This document shows positions 41,761-56,935 of a stretch of 64,000 nt of DNA, piece by piece. The stretch lies in the NCBI RefSeq assembly GCF_009914755.1, contig NC_060934.1; one strand, 5' to 3'. Source of the stretch: the human T2T-CHM13v2.0 reference genome, Homo sapiens. The position numbers and the translations under genes were made by a program. The notes under the pieces were generated by a model that saw only the letters and a program-made list of their open reading frames with translations, searched no databases and had not been told where the DNA came from. How positions within the stretch are numbered: the stretch's first letter is position 1; the number at the start of each line of letters is the position of its first letter.

Positions 41761-42246
41761 GACAATGAAATCAACACTACCAGCCACTTAGCTGCCAGCT
41801 GGGTGGAGAGTGGGCTGCTCTTCCAAGACGCTTTTCAGCCTCTGAAGGCTCATTTCCAGAAGGTCCTGTCTATCTGGGCTACTTGCTTCCAGAGCAGTTG
41901 CATCTGGCTGGATAGCTAATGAGCGATAAGGCCTGCAAACCTCAAGCCACATCTTTAAAGATGAGGGCCCTGATGTTCCACAGTGTGCGACGTTACTGGG
42001 GTCCAGCCAGTTATGTTCTGGGAGCTGCCTGAATGAAAATCAATTTGTTATTTTAGTTGGTTGGCTTGTTTAAAAAAAAATTAAATAACAAGAAATAAGA
42101 AAAAACGTGCAATGGCTTTGAGGTAGAACAGAAAATCCAGTGAGCCCTCTCTGTGCCTCTGGCAGAAGAAACTGTGAAGATTTGCATTTAGAAAAACGCC
42201 TCCTCAACTTTGGCGGCACCTGATGGTTCATGGTTCCTAAAATTAG

Positions 42247-42554
<308 letters not shown>

Positions 42555-44118
42555 GGAGCCTTGCTTCTATGCGAGTATTTCGGAGACAATTAGACAAACA
42601 TCCCACAGCCCCATTTTGAAGCCTGGCATTGTGTTGGCTGCAGTGAATTCTGGGGGTGGAGGTGGCTGGAGGGAAAGAGTTGGGAGTCTTGTTTTGTTTT
42701 GTGTTTCCTGGAGAGTTTTGGGTTCTGCGGGATAATATGTGCTTGCAGGTGCAGCAGGAGTAGCATTCTCATTTCTCACGGCAGTTCAGTCCCTGAGCAG
42801 ACGGGAGAGGTGAAATAGAAACACACATTACAGAAGGGACATGCTTTCTTAAGGGCACGGGGACCGTGACACATTGCTTTGATGAACGGTGATGGAGTCA
42901 CACATGGGGAAATTCAACATGGACACACCAGTCTCGCTATGGAGACATCTGTGTTGTATGGGAGCTAATGGCTTTGAATGAGCCCATATTCATTTTTCTA
43001 GCAGTTTTGATACTAACATAAAGAGAGAATGTGTGTGGACAGAGGAGGCTGTCCTGCACGGACTCTGGGTGTACTTTGTGCCAGTGACATTTTGTTCCAG
43101 AGTGATTTTGCTTGTTCCAGTTTTTCTGAAAGGAAAGCTTCCCCACAGTTTTGGGGACTGCTGTTTGTCTCATGCCACATGTGAGGATTTGTGGGGTCCA
43201 CAGTCTGCGACTGTGCTGTCCAGCATCGATTCCATTCACACTGGTTCTTACTTTCAAAGTCTATTCTGTTACAGGGAGAAGACTGCACATATAACACAGC
43301 TCTGCATGGAAAACCTTCCGCCTGGAGGGGTGGCTTCCTAGAGGTGTGGCGTTGCCCTCTGTCTTGAACAGGCTGTGAGCCGTTTTGTCATTTGGGGTTT
43401 CTAGATGCAAACAGCAGAAGCTGCTGGCCAATTACCAAAGGGAACGTGCTGTTAGGATATCAGGGCCTGGGAGCTGCAGCAATGTGGGCTGACAGCAGAG
43501 AGCTAAGGCACTTTCCGAGGTGACGAGCTGGGCTGCTATGCTGGAGACGGCTGGGCAGAAGCAGTTAGCAGGGCATTTCCTTGTGTCCTTATCTCAAGAG
43601 TCACAGTTTCAGGAGTGAGCATCTCAGAGGTCAGGGTTCATTCACATGCCACCTCCCTTCTCACTGTGTCATTGGGGAGGGGCCGTCTGGACCCTCTGGC
43701 TCCTGTGGCAAGAAATGGTCCCATCAAGTCATCCAAGGGCCTGGAAGCCTCCCAAGGAAAGCAGGAGGGCTGGGTGCTGAGCAGCGTCCAGCAGCAAAGG
43801 TAGGCTCCAGCCCCGCAGGTGTGGCTGCGCCATCCCAGGGAACGTGCCCCAGCAAGTGCTGGTGCTGCTCTCACTACAGGTGGGGTTGGTTTCACTGGAC
43901 AGGTGGCACTTCCTCACCTCTTGCCCTCTGGACCCACGGCAGGCACTTTCCAGGGCACATCACGTGGGTGTGCGGTCTGGCTGCTGGGTCCACGCGGGTT
44001 CTCAATCATGACCTGGCTTGCAAGCTCTTTCCACAGTTGGATAAATGAAGCCGTTGGGGAAGTATCCGCAAACTCTTACAGTGAGTATGTGATAATGACA
44101 CACGCGTGGCCCTTCTAA

Positions 44119-44288
44119 GACCTCCGCTAGGCATTATCAGTGACTGTGCTCGTGAGCGCTGACCTCCGCTAGGCGTTATCAGGGACTGTGCTCGTGAGCG
44201 CCGACCTCCGCTAGGCGTTATCAGGGACTGTGCTCGTGAGCGCGGACCTCCGCTAGGCGATATCAGGGACTGTGCTCATGAGGGCGGA
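44119..44288. repeat. 42-bp x4 CpG-rich minisatellite (GACCTCCGCTAGGCGTTATCAGGGACTGTGCTCGTGAGCG..)
   Basis: Unit starts at 44119, 44161, 44203 and 44245. Confidence 0.95.
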
Positions 44289-44789
44289 CTTTCACCAGCC
44301 ACGCTTCCGAGGAGTGGAGTCTTTCTCAGCTCTGCCTCTCCAAGATGACCATCTTGTGAAGACGATGCGTTCTTTATACACAAGTTCTGTGTGTGTGTGT
44401 GTGTGTGTTCCACACACAGGACCAAAGTTGAGATAGGCGCACATTTTCTTGGTCCCACTTGTGGCCCCAGTCGGCTGTCAGAAGTGGGTGTGCTCCACAT
44501 GTACCCACCATGTCAGGGCACAGTGCTCACATTTCACACCTCAGCAGGTGCCTTGATGTTGACCAGAGGCCCCAAAATCATCTCTTTCTATGACTTCTAG
44601 ATCTTAGATTCCCAGGAACTGGGAAATGCAGTCAGTATCTTTTGGGTCCAAGAAACTTTGTCAGAGCCCTTGTGGGAGAACCATAGATTCTCACCAGATA
44701 AACAGAAGAGCTTCGTGTTAGAGAAACCCGCCTGTCTCCCCACATTCTCAGTTTTCTGGAGAGCAGCTGAAAGCCATCTGGGTGGAGAT

Positions 44790-44960
44790 TAAGAGCTCCA
44801 ACCGTGTAGCTTTGATGTATCGGGCAAGTTACTTAAGCTCTTTAATGCTGTTTCCTCATTTATTGTGTGAGGCCAAAAATACCCATTCCTTAAAGTTGTG
44901 AGGATTAAAAACAGTAATGAAAAGTGAGTGGCAAGTGCCGAGTACACAGTCAAGTACCTG
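44790..44960 (+). mobile_element. MIR
   Basis: gggcaagttacttaagctct..tgtttcctcattt..gttgtgaggattaaa core. Confidence 0.75.
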
Positions 44961-45159
44961 ATACTTTTTAGTGTAAGGTAAGTAGCAAGAAAGCATGAAA
45001 TTTATTTTCATTTACTCTTACTACATGTGGTAAACCATCTATGCACAGAGCACTGCATTGGGTGCCATGAATGACAGAATAAGAGTACCAGGTGCATGAA
45101 AAGCTTAAAAGACAAATGAGACAGAGCTAGGCTGCAGAAGACTTAAAAAGTTGATGTAT

Positions 45160-46460
45160 TTAACTTTTAATGGACACACTGTACATGTTTATGGGGTACG
45201 ATTTGTTGTTTCCATGCATATCTGTGTTGTGTAATGATCCAATCAGGGTAGTGTGTGTGCCCATTTCCTCAAGGGTGGATCATTATGTGTATCATCGTGC
45301 ATCATCATGTATCATGCATGTACCATCATCATGCATCATTGTGCATCATCATGCCTGTATCATTATGTATCACCTCATGCATATATTATAATGTATCACC
45401 TCATGCGTGTATTATCATGTATCACCATGCATGTATTGTGCATGTGCCATCATCATGCATCATTGTGCATCATCATGCCTGTATCATTAATCACCTCATG
45501 CATATATTATAATGTGTCACCTCATGCGTGTTTTATCATGTATCACCATGCATGTATTGTGCATGTACCATCATCATGCATCATTGTGCATCATCATGTC
45601 TGTATCATTAATCACCTCATGCATATATTATAATGTGTCACCTCATGCGTGTATTATCATGTATCACCATGCATGTATTGTGCATGTACCATCATCATGC
45701 ATCATTAGGCATCATTGTGCATGTATCATCACCTCATGCATGTATTATGTATCACCTCATGCATGTATCATGCATGTGCCATCATCATGTATCATTATGC
45801 ATCATTGTGCATGTATCACTGTGTATCATGCATGTGTCATCATGCATCGCCCCATGCGTGTATCATTTCTTTGTGGTGAGAACACTCAGAAGCCTCTCAT
45901 CTCGCTATCTTGTCATATATGCTATTTTATTGTTAACCAAAGTCAGCCTATTGTGCAGTAGAACAATCTCTCCTCATCCCCTGTCCTCATCCTCCCCTCC
46001 CAAGCTTCCATAACCACTGTTTACTCTCTGCTCCTAGGAGATCAACTTAAAATTTTGTGTTATTTTTGGATTTCACATACAAGAAATCCATACAAGAGCT
46101 CCATATGAGATCGCTCAGTACCTGTTTCTCTGTACCTGGCTTATTTCGCTTAACATGATGTCCAAGCTCATCCATATTGTCACAGATGCTGGGATATCAT
46201 TTTTTTCATGGGAGAATGGTATTCCATTGTGTATCTACACCACATTTTCTTTATTCATTCTCCGTTGTTGGGCACCAAGGGCGATTCCATACCTTGGTGA
46301 TTATGAACAGTGCTGCGATAAGTGTGGGGGTGCCGATGTCTCCTCAACCCATGGATTTCCTGTCACCTGGGTCTTTACCCAGCAATGGGTTGCTGAGTCC
46401 CATGGTAGTTCTATTTGTGTTTTTTTGAGGAACCTCTCTGCTGTTTTCCTGAGTGGCTGT
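45160..46460 (-). mobile_element. L1MA 3' end interrupted by an expanded CAT/ATG repeat
   Basis: gtacatgtttatggggtac..gtaatgatccaatcagggta before the repeat; tatcatttcttgtggtgagaacactc after it. Confidence 0.8.
45290..45865. repeat. CAT/TGCAT-rich repeat with ~121-bp higher-order unit
   Basis: ccatcatcatgcatcatt at 45323, 45447, 45568 and 45689. Confidence 0.93.
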
Positions 46461-46624
46461 AGAGAGCTATAGAACTTTAGGTCTGTGAGAGATAAGTCCT
46501 CCAGTACACATGCCATTTTCAGAAGGGCAAACTGTAGCCCAGGAAGGTCAGGTGCCTTGACCAAGGCAGGCACAGTGAGAAAGAGGCAGTGTTAGGACCG
46601 CAACTGATTTTCCTCTCCAGTCTC

Positions 46625-46760
46625 TTTTGTGAAGATTGGATGCTAAGGTCATATAGGAAGCACTATGGAATATGTAGGAGGTGCTCAGTCTGTTTTGTGA
46701 AGATTGTATGCCAAGGTCATATGGGAAGCACTATGCATTATGTAGTAGGTGCTGTGTGCC
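46625..46760. repeat. 68-bp duplication of a MIR-like tail
   Basis: ttttgtgaagattg..aaggtcatat..gaagcactatg at 46625 and 46693. Confidence 0.75.
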
Positions 46761-49291
46761 ATACATTAAGATTACATTGTAAATAGCAGGCACTATGTAT
46801 TGTATATTAGCATGATGCACTGGGTCCTGTTGTCTGGGAGCCTGGCACCTGGCAGCTTCAAAGAACTTACAAGGTCCACAGGAAGGAACCTGGGACAGCC
46901 CAGGGAGCATCACTGAAAGAATTGGCCTGGAACAGAAGCCCCACAGCTCACCTGGGGGGAGCAGGGGGAGGATAGGGGTGAGGAGGGAGAGGACCAGGGG
47001 AGCAGCGGGAGGACCAGGGGTGCAGGACGAGCACTGGGGGTGCACGGGAGAGCAGGGTGCAAGGACCTTGCTGGCTGAGAAGACAGCGGGAATGGCGGGT
47101 CCTGGGAGAGGGGAGGAGGGGAGGCAGGCCACCAGCCACCCTGACTTCAGCCAGGAGACCCATTTCAGAGGCTCAAAGGGTGGAGATGGTGCAGCCATAG
47201 TGGGAAGCTGAGCCCCATGCTGGATGCTCAGATTGAGGGGGCTCCTGAGGGGCTGCGTTCCTCTCTCCAGGGGCCGTGGGACGGTGGCTGCTCATCTCAC
47301 AGGTATTTATTGGGTTTTTCACCACCTGCCAGGACTTTGCTGCCCACGTCACACATTTCATGTAACCTGTAGGTGTAGAGGCCTCATTTTCAGACAAAGA
47401 TGAACTAAGAAAGTGTCTTCTCGGAGGTCACGGCTGGAGCCAGATGGTCAGGCTCAGGCTGGGGCTGGCTTCCCTCGATGTGATGCACGGCTCCCATGTC
47501 ACGTTTCCCTGACTATCAGGAGCTCCCAGAGGCCAAGGATGGGGTGGCCGCCTGGACAATTCAGACCTAAGGAAGGGCTCCTGGCCTCTTCCCTGAGAGC
47601 CTCTAAGCTGACTGCTCTCTTCCTGCTCAGCAGCTCATGATCCCCGGTGGCTTCCTTGAGCTGGGACTTGACTGAAACCCCTGGGACTGGCCCTCCAGCC
47701 ACCCTGACTTCAGGGGGTCGAGGTGCTCACTGGGCCAGTGCTCAGGAGGCTCCGTGCCAGCTGGAACACCGGGAAACCCTCTATCTGAAGCTTTGACCCA
47801 GGGAGGAGCCTGGAGAGGTGACGTCCCGGCAGGCCTCTCCCGCAAAACCCAGAATCAGAAGTGGCCACACCAGGTCCGGCACCCACGGCAGCAGCAGGAG
47901 CCATTTCTGGGACAACTTTGGGGATATACTTGTCCTTCCAAGTGAAAGGAGCTTAAAAAGACCCCTGAGCAGGAGAGAAAAAGTATCTTCAAAGAGAACT
48001 CCCTTCATCTTGAAGAAAGTGTCTGCGCTAGCCTCTTGGCCATTGCGCCGCAGTAGAATCTTAGGCTCCGTCACTCCTGTGACTTAATTCAATTGGCATC
48101 GGTATTTTGAAAATAATGATTTTTCCTAATTGTAAATGTGAAATGTATTATAGAAACGTCGTCCACAAGCCTCTCACTCAGAGAGAGACACCGATAACTG
48201 TTTCTTTCCATGGAGTACATTCCACCGTCCCGTTTTCCCACCACACCGCGTGGCCTGACGCTTTCCTCTGTCATGAACGGCTCTGATACAACGTGAGATG
48301 AAATTCCATCTCAGACATGCACTGTGATCACTCACCCCTCACTCCTCAATGCCTGTGTGTCATTGAGCACCTCACCTGTGCTATATATTTCTCTTTAGGG
48401 TCACAAAAGAATTGCTCTGTAATCTCTGTGGGCAAGGAGATTTCTCCCGAGTTTGATTGGTTTTTCTGTTTTCTTAGGATAGAAATTTTTCTAGCAGTCA
48501 TTGGTCTATTGAAAACACAAATAAGCTTCACTTCATACACTAGAAAACTTCATAATATAAGGTTTATATTTGCCATGAGAGGAAACAAAATGTTGTCTTA
48601 AATGCATTCACGTACCCTAAGAAAAATGGTATGAAACGGTCAAGGAAAAGTTCCTTCTGATAGTAAAAAATTCACCCCCTTATTAAACCAACAATGAAGT
48701 TGCACTAGATTAGAGTTTAGTTCCGAAACTCTGTGCTTTTAGATATTTGGTCCGTTAGGATTTCCTGGTGGGGGGCACACGCGCGTAAGTCTCTTGATGG
48801 TGGGGCTCTGGTTCTCTGGCCGAGACCACAGATGTGTCTCCAGGCAGGTACTTCCTCTGCAAGTGTCTGATGACCACAGTGAGGTGGGTGTGTTGATAAT
48901 AATCTACTGTCATAGACACCTTACCTTATTAATACTGCTAAACCAGGAAGGGCACAATTGATATTCTCAGGTTTTTTAATCCTTTAAGAAGAAAAGATAA
49001 TTAAAAAAATCTTTTCACTCAAGAAGCATACGATAGAATATGGTGATACAGACAAAGGGTAGGCCCACTGATTCGAAAATTACAGATTGAATCCCTGAGA
49101 CAAATATCTCCCCTGCTTTCAGGTAGATTACTGTCTACAGGTGGGATAACCATGTATAAAATTATGTCAAATTGTGTTGTGGTATGTTTTGATTCCTTTG
49201 AAATAAGGGCTTCTCCTTTATCCACACCACTATCAATGAAGAGTTATTGACACTCTATTAGCTAATCATAACAACCATTATTTATTAGTGA

Positions 49292-49652
<361 letters not shown>

Positions 49653-50496
49653 TGAGCTGCTGCTGTTCTTACCTGATAGACAGGAAAGCACATTGGAGGT
49701 ATTAGTTGGCCAGGTGGTGGGGCTAGGCTGCACATCCAGGCCGACTTTTCTCCACACGGCTGTAAGAATCCCACCACCAGCAGCACCTCCCAGAGGATCG
49801 CACTGTCCAGGCGCTAATGAGTGCTTTTAGGTACAACTTGCTGTGTTCTGTCTCCGTATGGCCAAATTAAGCATTCAGTTTTAATTAAACTAATAAGAGG
49901 TGTCATTGGATATGATTAGAAAGGTGTGGCATGTTCTGACACCCAGTAGTTTTAAATATCTTCATCTGCTGCGTGGCTTACGTGCACCATAATGCCAGGA
50001 CCCAGTGAGTTAGGTTCCCGCCGGGCACAGGGCTGGCTCACAGGGTCCCAGCGGGGGTGGAGGTGTGCACGGGTGGCCTTGGCATGTCCTCAGCCTCCCC
50101 TGTGGGCTGTGGGCTGCAGGCTGGGCTGTGCCTGTATCCGGGCAGCTTACCGAGGGCTCCCTGGTATGACTTCCTTTGAAGCCCATAGCGCCTCGTGGGG
50201 CGGCTAGAAGTTTGTGTTGCAGGAGGAACCGATGCACCTTCCTTTCCTTTTGGCTTTGTAGTGCTTTCCTCGTTCATTCATGAGCCCCAAGAATAGAATT
50301 TGAAGGCTTACTTTTTACGAGGCAAATCACATCTCCCGGCTCGGAAGGGCCAGGGCAGCAGGGGAAAGAAAGTTGTGCAGATTCGAGTCTTGAGTGACCC
50401 ATGGTGGGGTGCGGGGGGAGGCGTTCCCTGGATGCAGCTGAGCAGCCCTCGGTACCTGGCCACGCCCTACAGTGGCCACCCCACACCCCCCCAGTG

Positions 50497-50588
50497 CCTT
50501 CACCACCACAGCCCCATGCCCCTCTCCCGCCTTCACCACCACAGCCCCGTGCCCCTCTCCCACCTTCACCACCACAGCCCCATGCCCT
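50497..50588. repeat. 33-bp x3 repeat (CCTTCACCACCACAGCCCC..)
   Basis: Direct reading. Confidence 0.9.
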
Positions 50589-51959
50589 GATGTACTCCCA
50601 GCACAACCTTGGGAGGCTGAGTAAGCACCTGAGTGGGAAGAGGGGGCTTCCGAGACCATGTATGTCCCACAGCTCCAGGGACGTGTCCGGCATTTCCATG
50701 GGGGTGTCGTGTTTTCTTGTGTTGTCTAAGCCACTGCTGTTTCATCGTCTGCTAAAGCAGCTGAAATGGTTCCCCAAACGGAGAGAACACTTGGCTAAAT
50801 GTGCTTTGCTGAGGAATTCCTGCCCCTCTTACACCCCCACTCTCCGATGACACCTGGAATTGAGCTGGGGCCCCAGAGCCGCCCCTTGGCTGGTCAGGGT
50901 GGGTTGTTCACTGCCCGTAAGCAGCAGCCATGCCCCTGTCCTTGGCCTCTGAGCTGTGTGAGGACGGCTCACACCAGCAATGCCGAGATTGGCTCAGGGT
51001 GTCCAAGTGCACATTCTATTTTGGGGAATTCTATCCACCGAAATTTATTGGCTTGTATGAGAAGCCATGATCTTCGCTGTCTTTTATTTAATGATACATA
51101 ATGTCCACGTGAACCAGGCAGCTTCCGGCAGCTCCAGAAGAGAGCAGCAGAGTTCGAATCTTCTGTTTCATCCTGAGCCAGCAGCAAGGGACTCCCAGGA
51201 GGAGTCGAGTTTGATGCCTGCACTCCTCCCTCGGCGGCCAAGCTCGCCCCTTCCCCAAAAGTGCAGGGCCCTGAGGTCTCTTGCCTCACGACACGTCCAG
51301 GTGGCAGGCACCATTGGGGCTGCCATTATCCACAGATGAACTAGCAAACTTGAGGGAGTCTAATGCTTTTCTGAAATGACAGCCAGAAAGTGGCAGAGCT
51401 CTCTCATTCCAAAGCCCTCTCCCCTCCACACAGAGCTGGCTGCATGCGGGGCTGGGAGTTCCAGGAGACAGGGAGGAGGCACCAACGTCTTCACTTGCAA
51501 AAAACTCATGCTCAGCATAAAAGTCTTAACGTGGGAAGCCACCAGGCATGGCGAGGTGGTGTGTCCCCTTGTGCACATCTGTGTGCTGTAGGGGACACCA
51601 TTCGGGGGCATCGCCAAGAAAAACGAGCAGGGCCAGGGCCGATGGAGGCCAGGGTTAGGAGGGCCCTGGAGGGATGGGCAAGCACACGCGAGTGGTGATC
51701 AAGGAGTGGTGATCAAGCCGCCCTCAGGAAGCCATGACAAGGGTTCAGGGAAGTTGATGAAAGGCCCAGATCTGGGCATCACCCGCGCACGGAGGGCTGA
51801 GTGGGCAGGAGAGGCCTGAAGACCAAAGAGCACTCAGAGCCTGGAGAGCAACCGCCCAGGGGATGTCCAGGAGGCTGGCACGGAAGGGGCTGGTACCCAC
51901 GCCTGATCACACAGCTCCTGCCCCTGCTCCCTTCTGAGCCTCTTGTGTGCTAAATCTAG

Positions 51960-52255
51960 CACACACACACATATGCACACAGACGTACACATGCATGCAT
52001 GTGCAACACGGCACACACATGCACACACATGCACACAGCACACACATACACATGCATACACACAATACCTGTGCACACAACACACACATGCACAGAACAC
52101 ATGCACAGCACATGTCCATGAGTGCAAAGCACACACATGCACACACATGTCCAATGCACACACATCATATGCTCACACACATGCATACACATGCACACAA
52201 TGCAACACGTGTACACATGTGCAAAGCACACACATGCACACTCGTGAGTACACAC
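51960..52255. repeat. Degenerate (CA)/CATG simple repeat
   Basis: Direct reading. Confidence 0.9.
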
Positions 52256-54252
52256 TCCCCACAGAGTTCTGACTGGAAATGCTCAGGCAGGAGCAGCATT
52301 GGAAGGAGGCCCCTGGCGGGCACAGAGACAGGACATAACCCACACTAGCCCAGGACACCATCAGCTCCTCTATCCCAGGCTGTTGCCCTCGGAAGAGCAG
52401 TGGCCCCTACCCCGTGGGATCCCTCATGCCCTCCTGCTCCCCTCTGTCTGAGACCCACCAGCCCACCGTTGCATCTCTGGGGTCTCTTCCCTTTCCTCTC
52501 ATGCGGAGCCATGCGCTGTCCCCCGGCCCAGACATCCGTGTCCACACTGCTGACTGCCCCACCAGTGGCGAGAGCCTGCCTGGGATCTTCCCTTTACAAG
52601 AAAGAAGAAAAGGGATAAATACTTATTTTTCCTTCTCAGGGACAGTAATAGTGGTCATTTTCCTTTCCTTTTCTTCTTAAACATCTCATTATGGAAATGT
52701 TCAAACACCTGCAAAGTAGGACAGAATGAGCCCCAGTGCCGTCATCTCTGGGCCGTGTCCTTTGATCTGGTCCCCACCCAGCCTCCCACATCCCACGCTG
52801 ATTCCTTTGAGGCAAACATCGATGACATCTGGGCATTGGATTCTGAAACGTGAGTGTGAAGGAGATGGGGCCTGTGGCTACTAAGTCTGCTCAGAAATCG
52901 TAGCCTTCGGGGAATTGATCACTATTTTGAAATGTCAGAACATGCTGACAGGGAAGAACGTAGTCGAAGTTTTGCTGTGACGAGGGTGCGTCTTCAGGAA
53001 GAGGCTTCTGCAGCATCATCCTCAGCTTCTCATAAGGCGACATTGGTCACGCTATTCTTGGTTATTCCATAAAATCTTGGCATCTTGTGATGTGTTGGTT
53101 GTTTTTTTATATGTATGACTAAGCCTAGCATGCCAGGCCCCCGGGACGCTGATTTACAGGCTGTGTCCTCTCAGTGACAGTGCGCAGCTCCCGTTTTCTC
53201 CATTCTGCAGTAAGAGCTGTTAACCACACAGAACTCACTGCACACAGCGGCAGAGGGAGCAGCTCCCCTCCAGCCTCTTGGGCTCTCCTCGCCTGTTTTC
53301 TGCACCAGAGAGTGAGCTACGGGGCAGCCTGGCCTTGTCCTTTCGTTCCCTCAGCCACTAGCACAGTGCCTCGTAGGTAGTAGGTGCTTAATAGATGTTC
53401 AACTAAACTCCTTTCAAGCTACATAAAGTACCTGTATTTGGCTTCATGAAATTGCATGAGAGATTTGGCTTGTGTTGGTTGAGTGAGAAAAAGCAGCTCC
53501 CGGGGCCTCTGGTGATCAGCTTCAGCCTTGTGCATATCTGCTCCTCCCTCTCCGGCCTCCCCCCACACCTGTGAGACCCTAGGTCATGCTTGGCCAGGCC
53601 TGGCAAGGAATTTCTGAATCTACTTTACATTCTTTTGAAAAATGATCTGGTGTGGAGTTAGCTGCCAAGGGAGGCCAGGAGGTTTGTGTGAGGTGCTGGA
53701 GGGATCGGGAGGGCTGGGCAGCCCTAGGGTGACGTGGGGCCCTGAGTCCCAGGCCCTGAGCCTGTGGGCACGAGTGGCAGGTCGACTGGGAGCAGTTGCA
53801 TTGCACCGGGTGCTGTGACTCTTAGATGCCCATGTGCCCTCGAGCCCTGTTTAATTCCTCCTCCATCAGAGGGCACGGGGCAGGACGCAGAAGCTTCGAC
53901 ATGGACTGGCTGTGTGCAGGGGCCTGGAGAACAGAACGTGTCACTGGAGCAGTGTGTGCAGGACCCGCCGGGGCGCAGCACCCCTGTAGAACCGCACGGG
54001 AGCCGCTCGCAGGTGGAACACGTGCTTGCTGCGGTGCTAACTTTGTGTCCAGGCACAGAATCGAGCCCGTTCCCAACCCGTGAGTGGGTCCCTGCTGTGT
54101 TCATCTGAATAAGATGAAATGAAGCACTGGTGGAGGTAGCATCCCGGGTCTCAGCAGTCATAGGTGCGCGTGAACACAGGGCATGCGCTCCACCCGCCGT
54201 CCTCAGCGGCGCACACGCACAGGTGGTGTTCAGAGTGTGACGACAGCTGGGG

Positions 54253-54591
<339 letters not shown>

Positions 54592-54772
54592 TGATATTTT
54601 TGATATTGACTAAATACTGAAAGGATAAAAAGCTCCTACCGAGCTGACCATGAGGTTGTCTCTTTCACTGTCCAGAGAGGAGTGCTGGGGGCCCGCAATG
54701 CTTAGGGGCTGTGGATGAGAATGTGGACAATCACTTTTCCCTGTGCTTGGCTTCTCAAGCAACCATCTCGTA

Positions 54773-55072
54773 CCTCAGGGATAGAGCTGTGGGCTCATGG
54801 TCTATGGAGAAGCCATGTCTTCAGGACAGAGATGGGTGTATGTGGTCTATGGAGAGACCACATCCTCAGGACAGAGCTGTGTGCTCCTGGTCTACAAAGG
54901 GGCCACGCCCTCAAGACAGAGCTGTGTGCTCATGGTCTATGGAGGGGCCACATCCTCAGGACAGAGATGGGTGAATGTGGTCTATGGAGGGGCCACGTCC
55001 TCAGGACAGAGATGGGTGAATGTGGTCTAGGGAGGGGCCATGTCCTCAGGACAGAGCTGTGTGCTCGTGGTC
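54773..55072. repeat. 45-bp x~7 minisatellite with two variants
   Basis: (c/t)tcagg/ctcaag starts at 54774, 54820, 54865, 54910, 54955, 55000 and 55045. Confidence 0.95.
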
Positions 55073-55527
55073 CTCTCCCTACCACTCTACTCCAGCCCCC
55101 TGACTCCACACAGCTTCCCCTTCCCATCACTCCATACCAAGCCCACTCCTTGACCGAGCCAAATGTTCCATCCATGAAGATTCATGAGGTTATTTCCTTC
55201 GGTGTGTGAGGCACATTCTCCTGTGGTCCTGAGCTCTGAGCAGTGGGAACATGCAGAGGTTCTCAGCCACCTCAGTTTTGGGTTTTGTCAAGCAATGTGT
55301 AATCCTCACAGGCCAGCAGATGGAGGCCAACTGCTCTGGGGTCCTCTGTATTTGTGCTCATGATTTTCCTCGGTCTCCTCCCGGCTTCATCTCTGTTGAT
55401 GAAAGGCTTTCTTTTGGGAAAGCTGGCCCTTTAAGGGCAGTGGCTTTCTGAAACCCTCCAGGGAGAGTGCATTTCCGTCATCAAGTTTAACCCAACTAAC
55501 GGAACTGGATTTAATAGATTCAAAGCA

Positions 55528-55872
<345 letters not shown>

Positions 55873-56695
55873 TCACAGAGCATAAGGACCACTGCTGTGG
55901 CCACTTTGTCCTTCAACCCCACACACACCTATCAGATTTTGAGAATCAGAGTGGATGGTGGTTACTTCCTTTGGGAACATGCACTTAGCTGAAACCTCTC
56001 ACTAAGATGATTTATCATCAACTTCAGGTTTCATGCTTTAAAAAAATTCTCAACAAGAAAGAAAAATGACATAGGAGACGAGGCTGTCTGGGGTGAGGGC
56101 AGGCGTGAAGAAAGACTGGGCAGATGTGTGAAGCCGTTATGTTTGGAGGGGTTACCAAGAGGCAGACCCCCCCACTGGCAAGAACGAGGGCCTTTTTGGG
56201 TAGGAGGGGCTCCTCTGTGAGTGACAGCAAAGACCAACCCCAGGAGCCACTTCTGGGCCACTAAGAGATGAGGCTGGAGACCTTTCTGTCCCTGAGCCAT
56301 TAAACCATCCCTCCCAACACTCTGATTCTCCATGCTCAGTGACTCTGGCCAGGGACCACTGAGCCACCTTGCAACTCTGACGCCTTTGAGGTTCATCTTG
56401 AACCCTCTTTACACCTGCAGGTCTTCTTCATTCTCTGCCCATAACCCTGACCCCTTGTTTTGCTGTCTATGGGGTAATTTATCATAAGGCCCAAGAAATG
56501 AGATGCTCTTTAGGGCGCTGACAGCCCACCCGGAGGAATGGCCCCCACCTGTGGATGAGGGGGAGGCATCAGAATCTTCTGGGGTGTTTTCAGAGCCCCC
56601 CCACCTCCACCTCTGCCCCCATCTGAGACCCCCTGCACCCTCCCTTGAGTGGAGAATCACTGTGGTTAATGTGAAACACACAGACAAAAAAAAAA

Positions 56696-56935
56696 AATGC
56701 AGGCACCCACGGCCTGGCCTGAAGGGAGGTAGGGTGGGACTGGAGACGCGGGGTGGACGAGAGCAACACCTCCAAACGCAGGCACCCGCAGCCTGGCCTG
56801 AAGGGAGGTAGGGTGGGACTGGAGACGCGGGGTGGGTGAGAGCAACACCTCCAAATGCAGGCACCCGCAGCCTGGCCTGAAGGGAGGTAGGGTGGGACTG
56901 GAGACGCGAGGTGGACAAGAGCAACAACTCCAAAC
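56696..56935. repeat. 79-bp x3 G-rich minisatellite
   Basis: gcaggcacc at 56699, 56778 and 56857. Confidence 0.95.

Noticed and set aside
45170-46013. His/Cys/Met-rich ORFs resembling metal-binding proteins
   Set aside because: Translation artefact of the CAT/ATG repeat inside an L1.
54773-55072. Variant order XYXXYYX mirrors the ABAABBA order of the 48-bp VNTR at 40218
   Set aside because: Units are unrelated in sequence; a 7-symbol binary match among many arrays is expected by chance.
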